From assembly GCA_951406725.2 (NCBI GenBank), contig OX597818.1, forward strand, positions 57,722,001 to 57,786,000: DNA of 64,000 bases, written 5' to 3'. The notes below the pieces were generated by a model. That model saw only the letters and a program-made list of their open reading frames with translations, was not told the origin of the DNA and did no database searches. Shown here one piece after another: positions 14,640 through 27,783 of the stretch (its first letter is position 1; each line of letters starts with the position of its first letter). Both the position numbers and the translations under genes were made by a program. The stretch is from Octopus vulgaris (lineage: Eukaryota).

Positions 14640-14695
<56 letters not shown>

Positions 14696-15696
14696 CATGT
14701 ATATATATATGTATGTATATATATATAGGTATGTATCTGTATGTAGGAGTATATATGTGTGTGTGTGTATGTATATGCGGGTATATATATATATATATGT
14801 ATGTATATTTATTGGTGTATATGTATAGTCTAGCCTCCTAAAGTGTAGACACGAATCTGTAGGTACGAGTACGTATGTGTATATACGTGAACGTATGTAG
14901 ATGTTTGTATGTATGAATATAACGCGTGCGTACGTGTATGTGTATGAGTGTACGAATGGGTGAATGTACGTGCTAATGAGTGTGCGTGCGGGAATGAGTA
15001 CTTGCCTTCTAGTAGACAGACAAATGGACTGCAGCCATTGCCAGGATTCTTAGCCCTAGCGATCAAAGATAACAAAAGTAATAAATGAAGATAATAAAAT
15101 TAAAATTAGGGAATGGGCCTGTATTGGATTGTATATATATATATATGTATATGTATATTTGTATGTATGTATGTGTGTATGTGTAGGTATGTATATGTAT
15201 GTATATGTGTGTGTATGTGTGTATATGTGTGTGTATATATATGTGAATGTATGTATGTGTGTGTAGATACGTATACATGTGTGTATAGGTATAAGTGAGA
15301 ATCTCCTTATTTACCTATAACTCTATCCCCCCTTTTTTTATATATATATATTTTTGTATGTATATATATATTTTATATATATATTTTTTTTATATATATT
15401 TTATATATTTTTTATATTTTTTATATTTTTTATTTTTTTATTTTTTTATTTTATTTTATTTTATATTTTTTTATTTTTTTTTTTTATTTTTTATTTTTTT
15501 ATTATTTTATTATTTTATTATTTTTTTATTTTTTTATTTATTTTATTTATCTATTCCTTCATCTAACTTACCACTGACTCCTTGACCACTCCCCCAAGTA
15601 TGATATTTTGCGCTATGCCTACCCCCAAAAAGTCCCCCACCACCACTCCTTTAGACCTGCCTAAATGTATAAATGCTAATACAATTCTTGTTAAAT

Positions 15697-15747
15697 AGCT
15701 TCCTGAAGATTTCTCTTGAATGAAACAGTACTAGTCCTGTAGAAGCT
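15697..15747 (+). ncRNA. Type I hammerhead ribozyme (inverted-arm copy)
   Basis: agcttc CTGAAGA(15703-09) ... GAAA(15722-25) ... GTA(15739-41) gaagct. Confidence 0.85.
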
Positions 15748-15830
15748 CCTTCTATATAATAAATTAATTTTACTCTGCTATGTATTGAGTACCTTACTTA
15801 CTGTGGTTAACCCCGAATCAACCCGGGACC

Positions 15831-15883
<53 letters not shown>

Positions 15884-16364
15884 GTACATATATATATACT
15901 GTGTATACATACATATATATATGTATATATTACATATAAATCTATATATTTAGTCGAACCACATCTGTGTATGCATGCACTTGTGCCTATTCACCTCTAT
16001 ATGTTTACAAATATGTGTATATAAAATATATGAGATATTCTCTATGCATACATACGAGTTCGTTTTCAGTTATTTGAACATAAATATATCTCTATAAACC
16101 AATATTAAAGTGCAACAATCCCAACGGAGACTTCCTCACATGTCCGTCAGTATTGCTTACTGTTGTTGTCACTATATATATATATAACTGACTCGGATAT
16201 CGTTATTATTGCTGGTGGTAGTGTTTTTATGTTTTTAATTTATTCCGTTTACGTTGTATTGTTTTTTTCTATTTCTTCGTCTTGAATGAAGCTATCTGAA
16301 TCTCTCGTGGTTTCGTTTTTTTCCTTTTGCAAAACAAAAATGCACACAGACATACTTAAATAGC

Positions 16365-16482
16365 TACTCTTTCACTCTTTACTTATTCTATCGGTCTCTT
16401 TTTCCTGAACCGCTAAGTTACGAGGACGTAAACACACCAGCATCGGTTGTCAAGCGATGTCGGGGGGACAAACACAGACACA

Positions 16483-16557
<75 letters not shown>

Positions 16558-16741
16558 TAGATAGATAGATAGATATTCGACGGACTTCTTTCAGTTTCCG
16601 TCTACCAAATCCACTCAGAAAGCTTTGGTCGACCCGAGGCTATAGTAGAAGACACTTGGCCAAGATATCACGCAGTGGGACTGAACCCGGAACCATGTGG
16701 TTCATAAGCAAGCTACTTACAACACAATCACTCCTACGCCT
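16365..16741 (-). mobile_element. SINE family A (internal deletion)
   Basis: Homology to the other family A copies. Confidence 0.85.
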
Positions 16742-17420
16742 AGCTAGAATAGATATTTTTGTGATTGAATATTTTCCAACCTTATTTCTCGGTGCAATAT
16801 ACAAAAATATTTAGTTACAAAACCGCGATTTTGTTAACTCATGTGAAACGATACAATACATCTTATTGCTAAAAATTATTTGAATGCATTCACCTTCTCG
16901 TATATTACATTTCGTAAGATTTAATGTGTTGTGTACATCAGAATGAATTCATGTTAATTCGATGCTACAAAAATTTAAATTTCTCTTCAATATTCGTATG
17001 TTATTTTATTTGTATTTTGTACTTAACACAACCTATATATTCGAAAGCAAAATAACTGTTTCCGAATATATCTTACGATTATTTAGTTATTTATTATCTC
17101 TTTTCTAATTAATATATTGAAATTTATGTAAATTTGGAATTGTTACAAATTTCTATGTGCTTATATTTGTACTTTTGATATGGTTAACTTCCGTTGCCTT
17201 ACACACACACACATACACACATTTTGTCATGATATACCCTGAGTAAATTTGAAAATTAAAATTACAGAATTATTTATTGCTCACATCTTTTTAGCCTGAG
17301 ACATTCTAGATCAATGAAAATCACATATTTATTTTCTTCACGATGTCGTTTCAAATATGCTTTTGCTTGTCACTTGCTCTCGTTCACAGAAATAAATATG
17401 TATACAACCGAGATTTGAAT

Positions 17421-17792
17421 ATGGCCCAGTGGTTAGGGCAGCGGACTCGCGGTCATAGGATCGCGGTTTCGATTCCCCAGACCGGGCTTTGTGAGTGTTT
17501 ATTGAGCGAAAACACCTAAAGCTCCACGAGGCTCCGGCAGGGGATGGTGGTGATATCTGCTGTACTCTTTCACCACAACTTTCTCTCACTCTTACTTCCT
17601 GTTTCTGTTGTACCTGTATTTCAAAGGGCCGGCCTTGTCACTCTCTGTGTCACGCTGAATATCCCCGAGAACTACGTTAAGGGTACACGTGTCTGTGGAG
17701 TGCTCAGCCACTTACACGTTAATTTCACGAGCAGGCTGTTCCGTTGATTCGGATCAACCGGAACTCTCATCGTCGTAACCGACAGAGTGCTT
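17421..17792 (+). mobile_element. SINE family C (head ggaggcgcaatggcccagtggttagggcagcggactc)
   Basis: tRNA-like head with A/B boxes; homologues at 22605, 47708 and 52112. Confidence 0.88.
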
Positions 17793-17976
17793 TCACCACA
17801 TGGTCTCGACCAACCATTGCACTTTTCAGGTGATATACTGCTGATAGAATTATAATTGCGCCCAGAAATACTCAACTTCTTTTCAACGTATTTTGTCTGA
17901 CTTTCAGTTATTTTGAGCAGGTTGTGATTTTAGCTTTGATTACGTAATTTTGATTGTCTCGATTGCTGTTACATAC

Positions 17977-18059
17977 CTCCACTGCGACTGCGCGGAGTTC
18001 TGTTCCGTTTGCAGACATGTTCAGCGTTGATTTTAGTTAGTCGAGAATGTAGCAACTCA
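17977..18059 (-). other. Candidate exon of an unidentified host gene
   Basis: Acceptor catttcttttatgcag|, donor gag|gtatgt. Either starts MSANGTELRAVAVE (aacATG, in-frame upstream stop) or is open throughout in another frame (ELLHSRLTKINAEHVCKRNRTPRSRSG). Confidence 0.35.
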
Positions 18060-18550
18060 CTGCATAAAAGAAATGTTATTGCGTTGGAGTTTGGTTTTGC
18101 TTACAATTTAGCAATCTTTGTGTGTATTGTGTGTATTGTATATTCCTGTATTTTTAGTCGATTAAAATCTTTCAAACTTTGATATTCAAGTTAGGGTTTA
18201 TAACAGAGCCAAACTTACGATGAAATATATTTGTATTTCTAAAAGTGGTGAGATCAGTTAGAGTAAAAGAAGATGGTTATGAAGAAAACCACGAACACAT
18301 TTAGCTGTATAGTGTCTCAACAACTTCACTCTGTTAGTATTTAATGAAGCCCACAGCCGCAGTTGTGCATACAATTAGAATAAAAAGAAATAACATCTAT
18401 TTCAATACACTCCGATATCTGTATTCAAATAAGACCGCAATTTTACAATAGTTTAGCGGTACCCCTACAACATTTGGAATACTAGGCCGGGGACATGAAT
18501 TCCGCAACTTGGGATCAGACCAGAAGGTTAATAAAAATGATCAGTAACTA

Positions 18551-18779
18551 AGGCGGCGAGCAGAAACTTTAGCACGCCGGGCGAAATGCTTAGGCTTATT
18601 TCGTCCGCCGATACGTTCTGAGTTCAAATTCCGCCGAGGTCGACTTTGCCTTTCATCCTTTCGGGGTCGATAAATTAAATACCAGTTACGCACTGGAGTC
18701 GATGTAATCGACTTAATCCGTTTGTCTGTCCTTGCTGGTCCTCCCTGTGCTTAGCCCCTTGTGGGTAGTACAGAAATAG
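18551..18779 (+). mobile_element. SINE family B
   Basis: Full-length match to the family B copies. Confidence 0.9.
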
Positions 18780-19268
18780 AAAGAGAAATAGGTAATGCAT
18801 GTGATGAGGGGCACATGCAGCCACTCATAACCTCATTGTTATATAATCATCTCATTTATATTAATTTTATGTATTGTCCCCTCTGTGGTGACCTGTCTGC
18901 CCTTGTGTGTTGCCCTCTATTTTGGGCCCTTGTGGCTAATAAAGAAACGATGTATGAGTCCAAATGAAATATCCCAACTTAGCCACGGCTTTGAGGCTGG
19001 AATACGAAAAATAGTAAAAACACATACATATATATGAATATATAGATGCATACCTATGCATATAAATATGCACATACACTATAAATGAATACGTATGCAT
19101 ATAAATATTTACATACACTATACACACATACATACACACACAAATATCGGTTAGAAATGTTTGGATCATAATTTAAAAAATACCTTCTAGAAGAGATATG
19201 CATTTCAATTGGAAATGATTGGAAAATTTGTATTCTGTATTTCTTAAAAGTTATTTTTAAATTGGGTG

Positions 19269-19504
19269 ACTCTTTTACTCTTTTTACTTGTTTCAGTCAT
19301 CTGACTGCGGCCATGCTGGAGTACCGCTTTTAGTCGATCAAACTGAATCCCAGGACTTATTCTTTCTAAGCCTAGTACTTATTCTATCGATCTCTTCTGC
19401 CGAACCGCTAAGTTACGGGGACCTAAACACACCAGCATCGGTTGTTAAGCAATGCTAGGGGAAGGGTCAAACACAGACACACAAACACACACACACACAT
19501 ATAT

Positions 19505-19562
<58 letters not shown>

Positions 19563-19720
19563 GACGGGCGTTTCTGTTCGTCTACCAAGTCCATTCACAA
19601 GGCTTTGATCGGCCCGAGGCTATAGTAGAAGACACCTTCTCAAGATGCCACGCAATAGGACTGAACCCGGAACCATGTGGTTGGTAAGCAAGCTACTTAC
19701 CACACAGCCACTCCTGCGCC
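19269..19720 (-). mobile_element. SINE family A
   Basis: Full-length homologue. Confidence 0.9.
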
Positions 19721-20739
19721 ATATACTATTTATGTCGGTGTCTAAATCAAGTTAAGTCCAGTTTTCATACATGGCTGTTAAAGATTGGGATCCTTAACTG
19801 ACATTGGCAAGTTGTTCTGAAACCATCTCCGATGTTGCAGGTTGTAGCAGAGTTAAAAAAGCAAAGGAAATTGCGTTTTAAGCTTTTAAATTACATCTGT
19901 AGCACAAATGGTTCACTGTTTTTTTGTTAGTTAGAGTTTTCCGAGGCATTTATTTACTTTAGTTACTGTTTCCTTCTAGAATGATCTCCTTATCTGCAAC
20001 TTACGTTCAAAACAACACAATAATCAAATACAAACAAATTTCAAGTTAAGTTTGTATACAAATTTACTGATATACCAACATTCAAAATAAATGTACTTAT
20101 TTGACTTTCAAGGAAATCGAAATCATTCCATAAACTGTGTAATATTTATTCATATCTCCTTTTTGCTTTCCAAGTGTAAGGATATATCTAAAAAATCTTG
20201 CAATATTAGTAAAAGTAAAAGCCTCGAGATAATTCTCATTTCTCACTTTCATATCATTTAGAAAATATAGCGAATATAACTTTTCTTCTATTTTCTTTTT
20301 TAAGTTATGCATATTTCGAAATAACGTTAAGTATGTAAACTAATATTTTGCAACACTCGTTAATACATATTCATTTCACTTGTAGTCAAGATATATAGAG
20401 ATTAGCTGTAGCTCACATTAACATTTTAACTGGTATTTCATTTCCAAATGAATATACAAAATATTATTGTTGTCTAATCATAGAAGACGCATTGGATGTT
20501 GCAACACTGAGCTGCATTGTACAAACACGATTGTGGTATACTTACTTTTCATTATTCTAATGTCAATATTGTAAAGTATAGAAGCCATCTTAACATGGCT
20601 AACCACATAAGGGAGGGGGTGTTACTGTAGCTTTATAGCCCCAGGAGATCGTCGTCTCCAGCTGGCTTTAGACACCATTTCAGTGCTCTTGAAGTAGTTG
20701 CAAAGGGAGGCCATCCCTTCCTCGCAAGCCTGAGTGATA

Positions 20740-20782
20740 CGCTCGGACTAGTTTCGGGATTGTTGTCCCTTGTCAACGGGCG
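20740..20782 (-). ncRNA. Decayed minimal type I hammerhead motif within a ~250-bp GC-rich repeat fragment
   Basis: Minus strand cgcccg-TTGACAA-ggga-caacaa-tccc-GAAAC-ta-GTC-cgagcg; two core substitutions versus CUGACGA. Confidence 0.65.
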
Positions 20783-21482
20783 GTAACCACTAGGTCGCGA
20801 TGGAAGAGAAGGCCGCCTTGCAAATATATAAGAGTTTTTCTAGTCACGTCTGCCACTGATTTCGAAAAACTGACAGTAAGCATTATTAAATCTCAGAATG
20901 AGATTGAAACTGTAATGTCAATATTATATTATGTTTAGTAACTGACACCAGCGTATGACTGAATTATATGTTATTCCAAAGTAAGAATGGGAAATTATAT
21001 ATTTCACCGCCATATGTTGGGTTTCAAGGGCCTACAGATTGTCAATGACTGCCATAAAATCATGAGAACTATACAGGGTGGATACTTGTGTATTCAAATG
21101 AAAACTGAATCTCCTTCTGTCAAGTGTTCCGGATTTACCGTCCCCGCGGCAGATGCAACTGAGGGTAGCAACTTCAAACTCCCTCTCTCATCAAATTCCA
21201 CGCATCAGAGGAGATCTTCGAATAACGAAAGTGCTGCAAAACTAACGGCAGTGCCCATATATGGTCATAGATCTCGCGGTGGAAATAGGGAAAGAGTAAA
21301 AGAATATATGCATATATATATACACACACACACATATCTCGACAGAGACACAGATACACACACATGTATACATACGTACATACTACGTATTAATGTGAGT
21401 GCGCATGTGTGTATGTAAATATGTATGTGTGTGTATGTATGTACACATGTATCTATGTATTTATCTATATATATGTATATAT

Positions 21483-21689
21483 TACTCTTTAATCTTTTAC
21501 TTGTTTCAGTCATTTGACTGCGGCCATGCAGGAGCACCGCCTTTAGTCGAGCAAATCGACCCCGGGACTTATTCCTTGTAAGCCCAGTACTTATTCTATC
21601 GGTCTCTTTTGCCGAACCGCTAAGTGACGGGGACGTAAACACACCAGCATCGGTTGTCAAGCAATGCTAGGGGGACAAACACAGACACA

Positions 21690-21753
<64 letters not shown>

Positions 21754-21919
21754 TACGACAGGCTTCTTTCAGTTTCCGTCTACCAAATCCACTCACAAGG
21801 CATTGGTCGTCCCGGGGCTATAGCAGAAGACACTTGCCCAAGATGCCACGCAGTGGGACTGAACCCGGAACCATGTTGTTGGTAAACAAGCTACTTACCA
21901 CACAGCCACTCCTGCGCCT
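21483..21919 (-). mobile_element. SINE family A
   Basis: Full-length homologue. Confidence 0.9.
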
Positions 21920-22123
21920 ATATGTATATAAACAGTCAAAATCTGGTTCGAAAATTATTTAGCAGAATTACCACGGTGATACAAGGAATTTATAATTAGG
22001 TTATTAAAAGTTCCATACATGTGTTTAAAATGTAGCATCCAAAACAATTACTTCTTGTTTCATACCATTTGCTACCGACAAAAATGTGGAATTGCTATGG
22101 AAAAGACAAAAACAAAAACTAGC

Positions 22124-22470
22124 AGGCGCAGGAGTGGCTGTGTGGTAAGTAGCTTGTTTACCAACCACAAGGTTCCGGGTTCAGTCCCACTGCGTGGCAC
22201 CTTGGGCAAGTGTCGTCTACTATAGCCTCGGGCCGACCAAAGCCTTGTGAGTGGATTTGGTAGACGGAAACTGAAAGAAGCCCGTCGTATATATATATAT
22301 ATATATGCGAGTGTGTGTTTGTGTGTCTGTGTTTGTCCCCCTAGCATTGCTTGACAACCGATGCTGGTGTGCTTATGTCCCCGTTAGTTAGGGGTCGAGT
22401 TGCTCGATTAAAGGCGGTGCTCCAGCATGGCCGCATTCAAATGACTGAAACAAGTAAAAGAGTAAAAGAG
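22124..22470 (+). mobile_element. SINE family A (internal deletion)
   Basis: Intact head and tail; head-to-head with 21483-21919. Confidence 0.9.
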
Positions 22471-22604
22471 AGAGCCCCCCGTTCTTGCAAATCTAGTAAT
22501 GGGGTATTTTTAATTAACTATGTTAGTACAACTATTGCGTCAATTTCTTAGAGAGATCTTAGAGCTAGCATTTTTGCTAAAATATCAAATTTTTTTTCGC
22601 CCTT

Positions 22605-22884
22605 TTCAAGCCTAGCCAGGCTAATGGTTTCTGTGGCGTATGTGTTCCCCTGCATTGGACGGGACGCCAGTCCATCGCAGCGTTATTAAAGAAACAGGAA
22701 GAGAGAGTGGGAGAAAGTTGTGGCGAAAGAGTACAACAAGGGTCGCCACCAGCCCCTGCCGAAGCCTCATGGAGCTTTTAGGTGTTTTCGCTCAATAAAC
22801 ACAGGCAATGTTCGGTCTGGGAATCGAAACCGCAATCCACCGACTGCAAGTCTGCTGCCCTAACCACTGGGCCATTGCGCCTCC
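22605..22884 (-). mobile_element. SINE family C variant
   Basis: Reverse complement of the family C head, with a different 3' part. Confidence 0.8.
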
Positions 22885-22939
22885 ACTAAACATCAACTAG
22901 CACTACATTAATCAGGATACTCATTTTATTACTGTATAA

Positions 22940-23540
22940 GGGAGAACTGGAATATATATCTGGAAGATTGCTTTATCATTTGGAATAAATTTAAAGCATT
23001 GCTCAAGGGTATAAAAGTAGGCATTCAATTTACAATGGAATGCAGCATGGAGAAAGTTCCATTTCTTGTTATTTTAATTTTAAAAAATCAATAAATGAAT
23101 TGAAATGGACATCTAGTATAAGTCCACTCCAAGCAATATCTCCTATATAAATCTGCACACGCAACGGATTAAAATAAATATCCCTTTCAATTTACGGAAA
23201 CATATGGGAAATAGTATCTAATAATTCTACTTCTTCAGGAGCTTGAAACTTTTGTAGTTGAAAAATATTGTCCACCATCTGTAACAACCACTAAGGGAAA
23301 TAAGCGAAATAACAAACCTGATTTAACAAAAACTCCCCTCTTCATCTACCTGAAATCCAAGAAAAGATAAGGTATCTGAAATAATTAAGAATTTACATGT
23401 GGACTCTCAGATCAACGTAATTATACACGCGCAAATTCATCAAAATTAATAAAACTTTTACAAAATATCGTTTCTCCTAATAATATGTGATTAAAAGTTC
23501 TGATGATGGAATGAAGTTGCAACATCCTCACTAATTTCAT
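22940..23540 (+). pseudogene. Highly decayed PLE reverse transcriptase fragment
   Basis: Interrupted motifs ENWNIYLEDCFIIW (YxDD-like, ~22957), IQFTME...PFL, DI.YK.T..QYL and IPFNL in PLE order; CTGATGA at 23500. Confidence 0.65.
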
Positions 23541-23651
23541 AGTCATGATTAGCACTATCAAATTGTTCTACTTCAAACACACGCAAGCTCACACGCACAA
23601 ACACACACAAGAACACACGCACTCACACATATGTGTATGTGGGTGTTTATG

Positions 23652-23693
<42 letters not shown>

Positions 23694-23720
23694 TATGTAT
23701 ATATATATATATATATCATT

Positions 23721-23756
<36 letters not shown>

Positions 23757-24188
23757 TATATAAATGCATAGATATAGAGAAAAAGTTATACATACACGCA
23801 TACACATACATGCATACATATATGCATACATACATATATGTACTGCATACATATGATACATATATACGTATATATATATTTCTATATATATATATGTATA
23901 TATATGTATATAAATGTATATATATTTATATATATATATATGTGCATATACATATAAATATATGTGTGTATGCACTTCACCGCGTAGACTTACATTTCTA
24001 GTCGAGTTGGCATGATATCCTTATCCCTTCTCCGCTTACGCATGTATTAACAAACCAAATTAATATCAACCATAACGAATGCAAGCTAGATAAGAATATA
24101 ATAATTAACATTCTCTCTGTCACTCTGTGTACATTCACACATATATACGTACATATATGCATCTCTCTCTCTCTCTCTCTCTCTGTAT

Positions 24189-24261
<73 letters not shown>

Positions 24262-24360
24262 TAGATAGATATACATACACATATATTTCCTTGGATGTAA
24301 CCATCTCATTCCGAGATTAAATTATCCTATGGGTAACTTTATACACATACACACACACAT

Positions 24361-24401
<41 letters not shown>

Positions 24402-24944
24402 CATATATATGCATACATCATTACATTAATATATGTAGGAGGGAGTAATGGAATAATGTATGAAGGAGGTAAATCAATTATGAATATAATTTGAAAATGT
24501 ATTGACGAATCTCGGGTAATCCTTGGAATCTGATATCACATAAATAATTCTCCAATAATCATATAATCCATAAGATATTAACTGTTTACATAATGTGATT
24601 GGTGTTGCACATTCTCATTCATAAACATGCGCCAAACTATGCAGATACTGGTTTCAAAACCATTGCCTTTGGAATCAAAAGATGATGAAATCTATCGCTA
24701 ATATTAATTTATAACGTACGAAATTAACCGTATAGTGTTACATCATTTCCATTAAACTGTAATTTTATTCGCGGTTTTCTAGCCCCTTTTCTTGGCAACA
24801 TCGAATTCATTGCTCGAGCAACCTTTGATTTATAACGTAACAAACCAAGAAAACATCCATTGCCTTCAGTGACTTCAACGTGGCATTATGCTTCCTGGTA
24901 ATTCTAGTGCCAAGCTCCTATTTCAGTTAAACGATATATATATA

Positions 24945-25114
<170 letters not shown>

Positions 25115-26160
25115 TATATGTATGGGTGTGTGTGTGTGTTATGATGTTCTTGACAATCAAATACTAAGGCGCTACTGAATGAAATTAATTCATAGCTCAT
25201 TAATTTCTGAAATTACTTTTCAGAGACAGAGAACTTTCTGACATCTTCTACACATCAGTGCAAATAGATACCGCGAAATACATATATTTTTTTCTTGCAC
25301 ACTAACATGCAATGGCTCATATTTATGCTGGCGTTTATGAGCCTATGTATATGCGAACACACACACACATACACACATAAACATATTTATACACACACAT
25401 ATATATGCATATACATATATACATGTATATGCATGCTTACATATAACTATATATATATTTATATGTATATATATATACACGCACACATATATATATATAT
25501 ATCTTTGTGTGTTTATATATGCTCCCATGTTTGTGGATAGGTGTATACCCATGTGTTTGAGCGTATTATTGTATAAATTTATGTTGTCTGTGTGTATATA
25601 TGTTCACAATCATATAAAATATCATATTTCGCCTACCATTCACTTATTTTGCGAGAAGCACACCACAACCTTCGTTCCTAGCCTTCGTTAAAGATTAATT
25701 ACAGTGATTTAATATTTATTATGTGTTCGAAATGAAAATATTTACACTTCAAGTGGAAAATAAAAATGGAAATAGATCTGTTCAATATGAACTGTCGCTT
25801 CGATTAGCATATTCATGATTATTCATAATCAAATAGAAAACCTCATCGTTGAGTTAAATCGTATTGCCTACAGAGACTGTCGGTGCACAATAAAGAAAAC
25901 CTTCTCCCTCCATCTTTTCCAGTCATCTAAAATTTTAATTTTAGCTGAGTGGTTAGAGTGTTGCACTGACTATCGCGAGTTCGTTATTTCAATTCCGGGT
26001 GGTGCGTTGTGTTCTTGATCAAAACAATTCACCTCGCGTTGCTCTGCGATCACTTCAACACCTGACGCGTGGTACACGGGACAACTATTCAGACAAAGCC
26101 GATTTGTTGCCAAGTGTCTTCCTGACACTTAAGGCAGAGAAGCGTGCCTTATACAGTTGT

Positions 26161-26393
26161 AGGTTGGCGAGCTGGCAGAAACGTTAGCACTTCGGGCGAA
26201 ATGCTTAGCGGTATTTCGTCTGCCGTTACGTTGTGAGTTCAAATTCCGCCGAGGTCGACTTTGCCTTTCATCCTTTCGGGGTCGATAAATTAAGTACCAG
26301 TTACGCACTAGGGTCGATGTAATCGACTTAATACCTATGTCTGTCCTTGTTTGTCCCCTCTGTGTTTAGCCCCTTGTGGGTAATAAAGAAATA
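26161..26393 (+). mobile_element. SINE family B (preceded by an older tRNA-type SINE head at ~25945-26100)
   Basis: Full-length homologue. Confidence 0.9.
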
Positions 26394-26544
26394 TATTAAA
26401 ATACACGCACTAGATTTTTAATTTACAAAGTCATGCGATGGAGAAAAATTGGAAGACAGAGAGAAAAATGAGAAAAAGAAAACAGAGAAAAGTAAGCAAA
26501 TAAAATGAGGGGGCGGGAAAGGAACGAAAATTCACTGCGACATT

Positions 26545-27420
26545 GTTTTTCTCAATACGTGTGACGTACCATTTAAAACAATACTTGTGGACTTCCTGCA
26601 TGGATGGTTAGTCGGAGATCGTTCTTAAATAATTTTCAGATCCTCTTTTGATTATTCCAGCTGCTCCTACAATTACTGGTATTCTAACCGTCTTGAGATA
26701 CCACATTTTTTTTTTATTTCGATTAGCAAATCTTAATAGTTTCTGAACTTATCAAAGTATTTTGCCGTGATAATATGGTCACAAGACATCCTCATGTCAA
26801 TTAATATACAGACTTTATTGTTTTGATATTTCACAAGAATATCAGGTATAATTGCTTTCATGCTCCGCTCTGTACATAGTGAGAAGTCCCAAAGAATAGT
26901 TGCATTTTCTCCCTCAGGGTGGTGTTCGTACCATTTGTCAGCAGTTTTGATTTTATAAAGCCGAAACATTATCCAGTGTAGATATTGGCCAACTCTGGCA
27001 TGTCTTGATTTGTACTCTACAGGTACTAAAACCTTACACCCAGAGATATTAGGTGGTTCACTGTTTCTATCCCATTCTTGCAGTATCGGTACTTTGGGTC
27101 TACACCATATTTCATCACATTGGCTGAATAATTCCGGGTCAATAAACTCTGATCTTGGGCAACCAAGATAAAGCTTTCACTCTCTGCCTTTAGCCCTGAG
27201 CTCCGTATCCACTGATAGGTGTGCTTGTTGTCTACATCAACTTGTTTGCTATGGGCCACATATTTGCCATGCAGTGGTTTTTCTTCCCGCCTAATAGCCA
27301 ATTGTTCAAATGAGTTTTGCTTTGCTATTGATTTCACTTCCTTTACAACTACAGTTGCTGCACTTCCATAATTCTGTTCAACCTGGGTATTATGCATATA
27401 ACTAGCTTGAAATGTTTTTG
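26545..27420 (-). pseudogene. Dong/R4-like non-LTR retrotransposon 3' fragment (zinc knuckle plus RLE), frameshifted
   Basis: KPLHGKY...WIRSSGLKAESESFILVAQDQSLLTRNY...C...ETVNHLIS; YLHW...KWYEHHPE...ILWDF...PDILV...ILIDM. Confidence 0.85.
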
Positions 27421-27554
27421 TTCTCCTTTATAAGAGAATGAAGCTTCTTACGTCTTTCATGGTTTTCAACGAGATCTACCATCCAGTCATAAGACGTTTC
27501 AAAATATTTTGCCAGTCCAACAGTGGTGGTTTTGTAGAGAATTTCAAATTGGGT

Positions 27555-27745
27555 CCAAATCCTTCAGTCTCTGCTTTGAGTCCTGAGCTTTTCAACCATT
27601 GCTGGGATTTTGTCTGTCTATTTCTTTTGCATTTAGTTTAGTCCAGTATTTGCCTTGAAGGGGCCTTTCTTGCCATCGTTTTATCATGGTCCGTTGCTGT
27701 TCTAGTTTTAGTTTGGATTTCATTTGTTTTATAGCTTTTGTTGTT
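27555..27745 (-). pseudogene. Second Dong/R4-like fragment
   Basis: WQERPLQGKYWTKL...QWLKSSGLKAETEGF. Confidence 0.75.
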
Positions 27746-27751
27746 TCTTCT

Positions 27752-27783
<32 letters not shown>

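Larger units (their letters stand above)
8967..15832 (-). mobile_element. Penelope-like element (Naiad-type), 5'-truncated, with an inverted duplicate of its long 3' region
   Basis: Arms 8967-11644 and 13090-15763 are near-identical inverted repeats. The spacer holds RT/GIY-YIG coding sequence. An HHR lies at the outer end of each arm, and both flanks are (TA)n. Confidence 0.92.

Noticed and set aside
8967-15763. Assembly fold-back artefact as the explanation of the large inverted repeat
   Set aside because: Arms differ by substitutions and repeat lengths, outer flanks differ, and the layout fits PLE biology; read confirmation is still advisable.
8425-16024. Dozens of ORFs rich in YI/HT/CV repeats (also 23545-25552, 56444-57108, 59351-60111)
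   Set aside because: Translations of stop-free TA/CA microsatellites, not genes.
17338-17875. Recurrent ORFs such as MFIERKHLKLHEAPAG (also 52193) and YSRRHLPKVPR
   Set aside because: Incidental frames within SINE families C and A.
20987-21418. 143-aa ORF
   Set aside because: No recognisable motif, and the C-terminus runs into a microsatellite.
22124-22200. tRNA-like sequences at SINE heads
   Set aside because: They continue into SINE bodies and lack a complete cloverleaf, so they are not called as tRNA genes.
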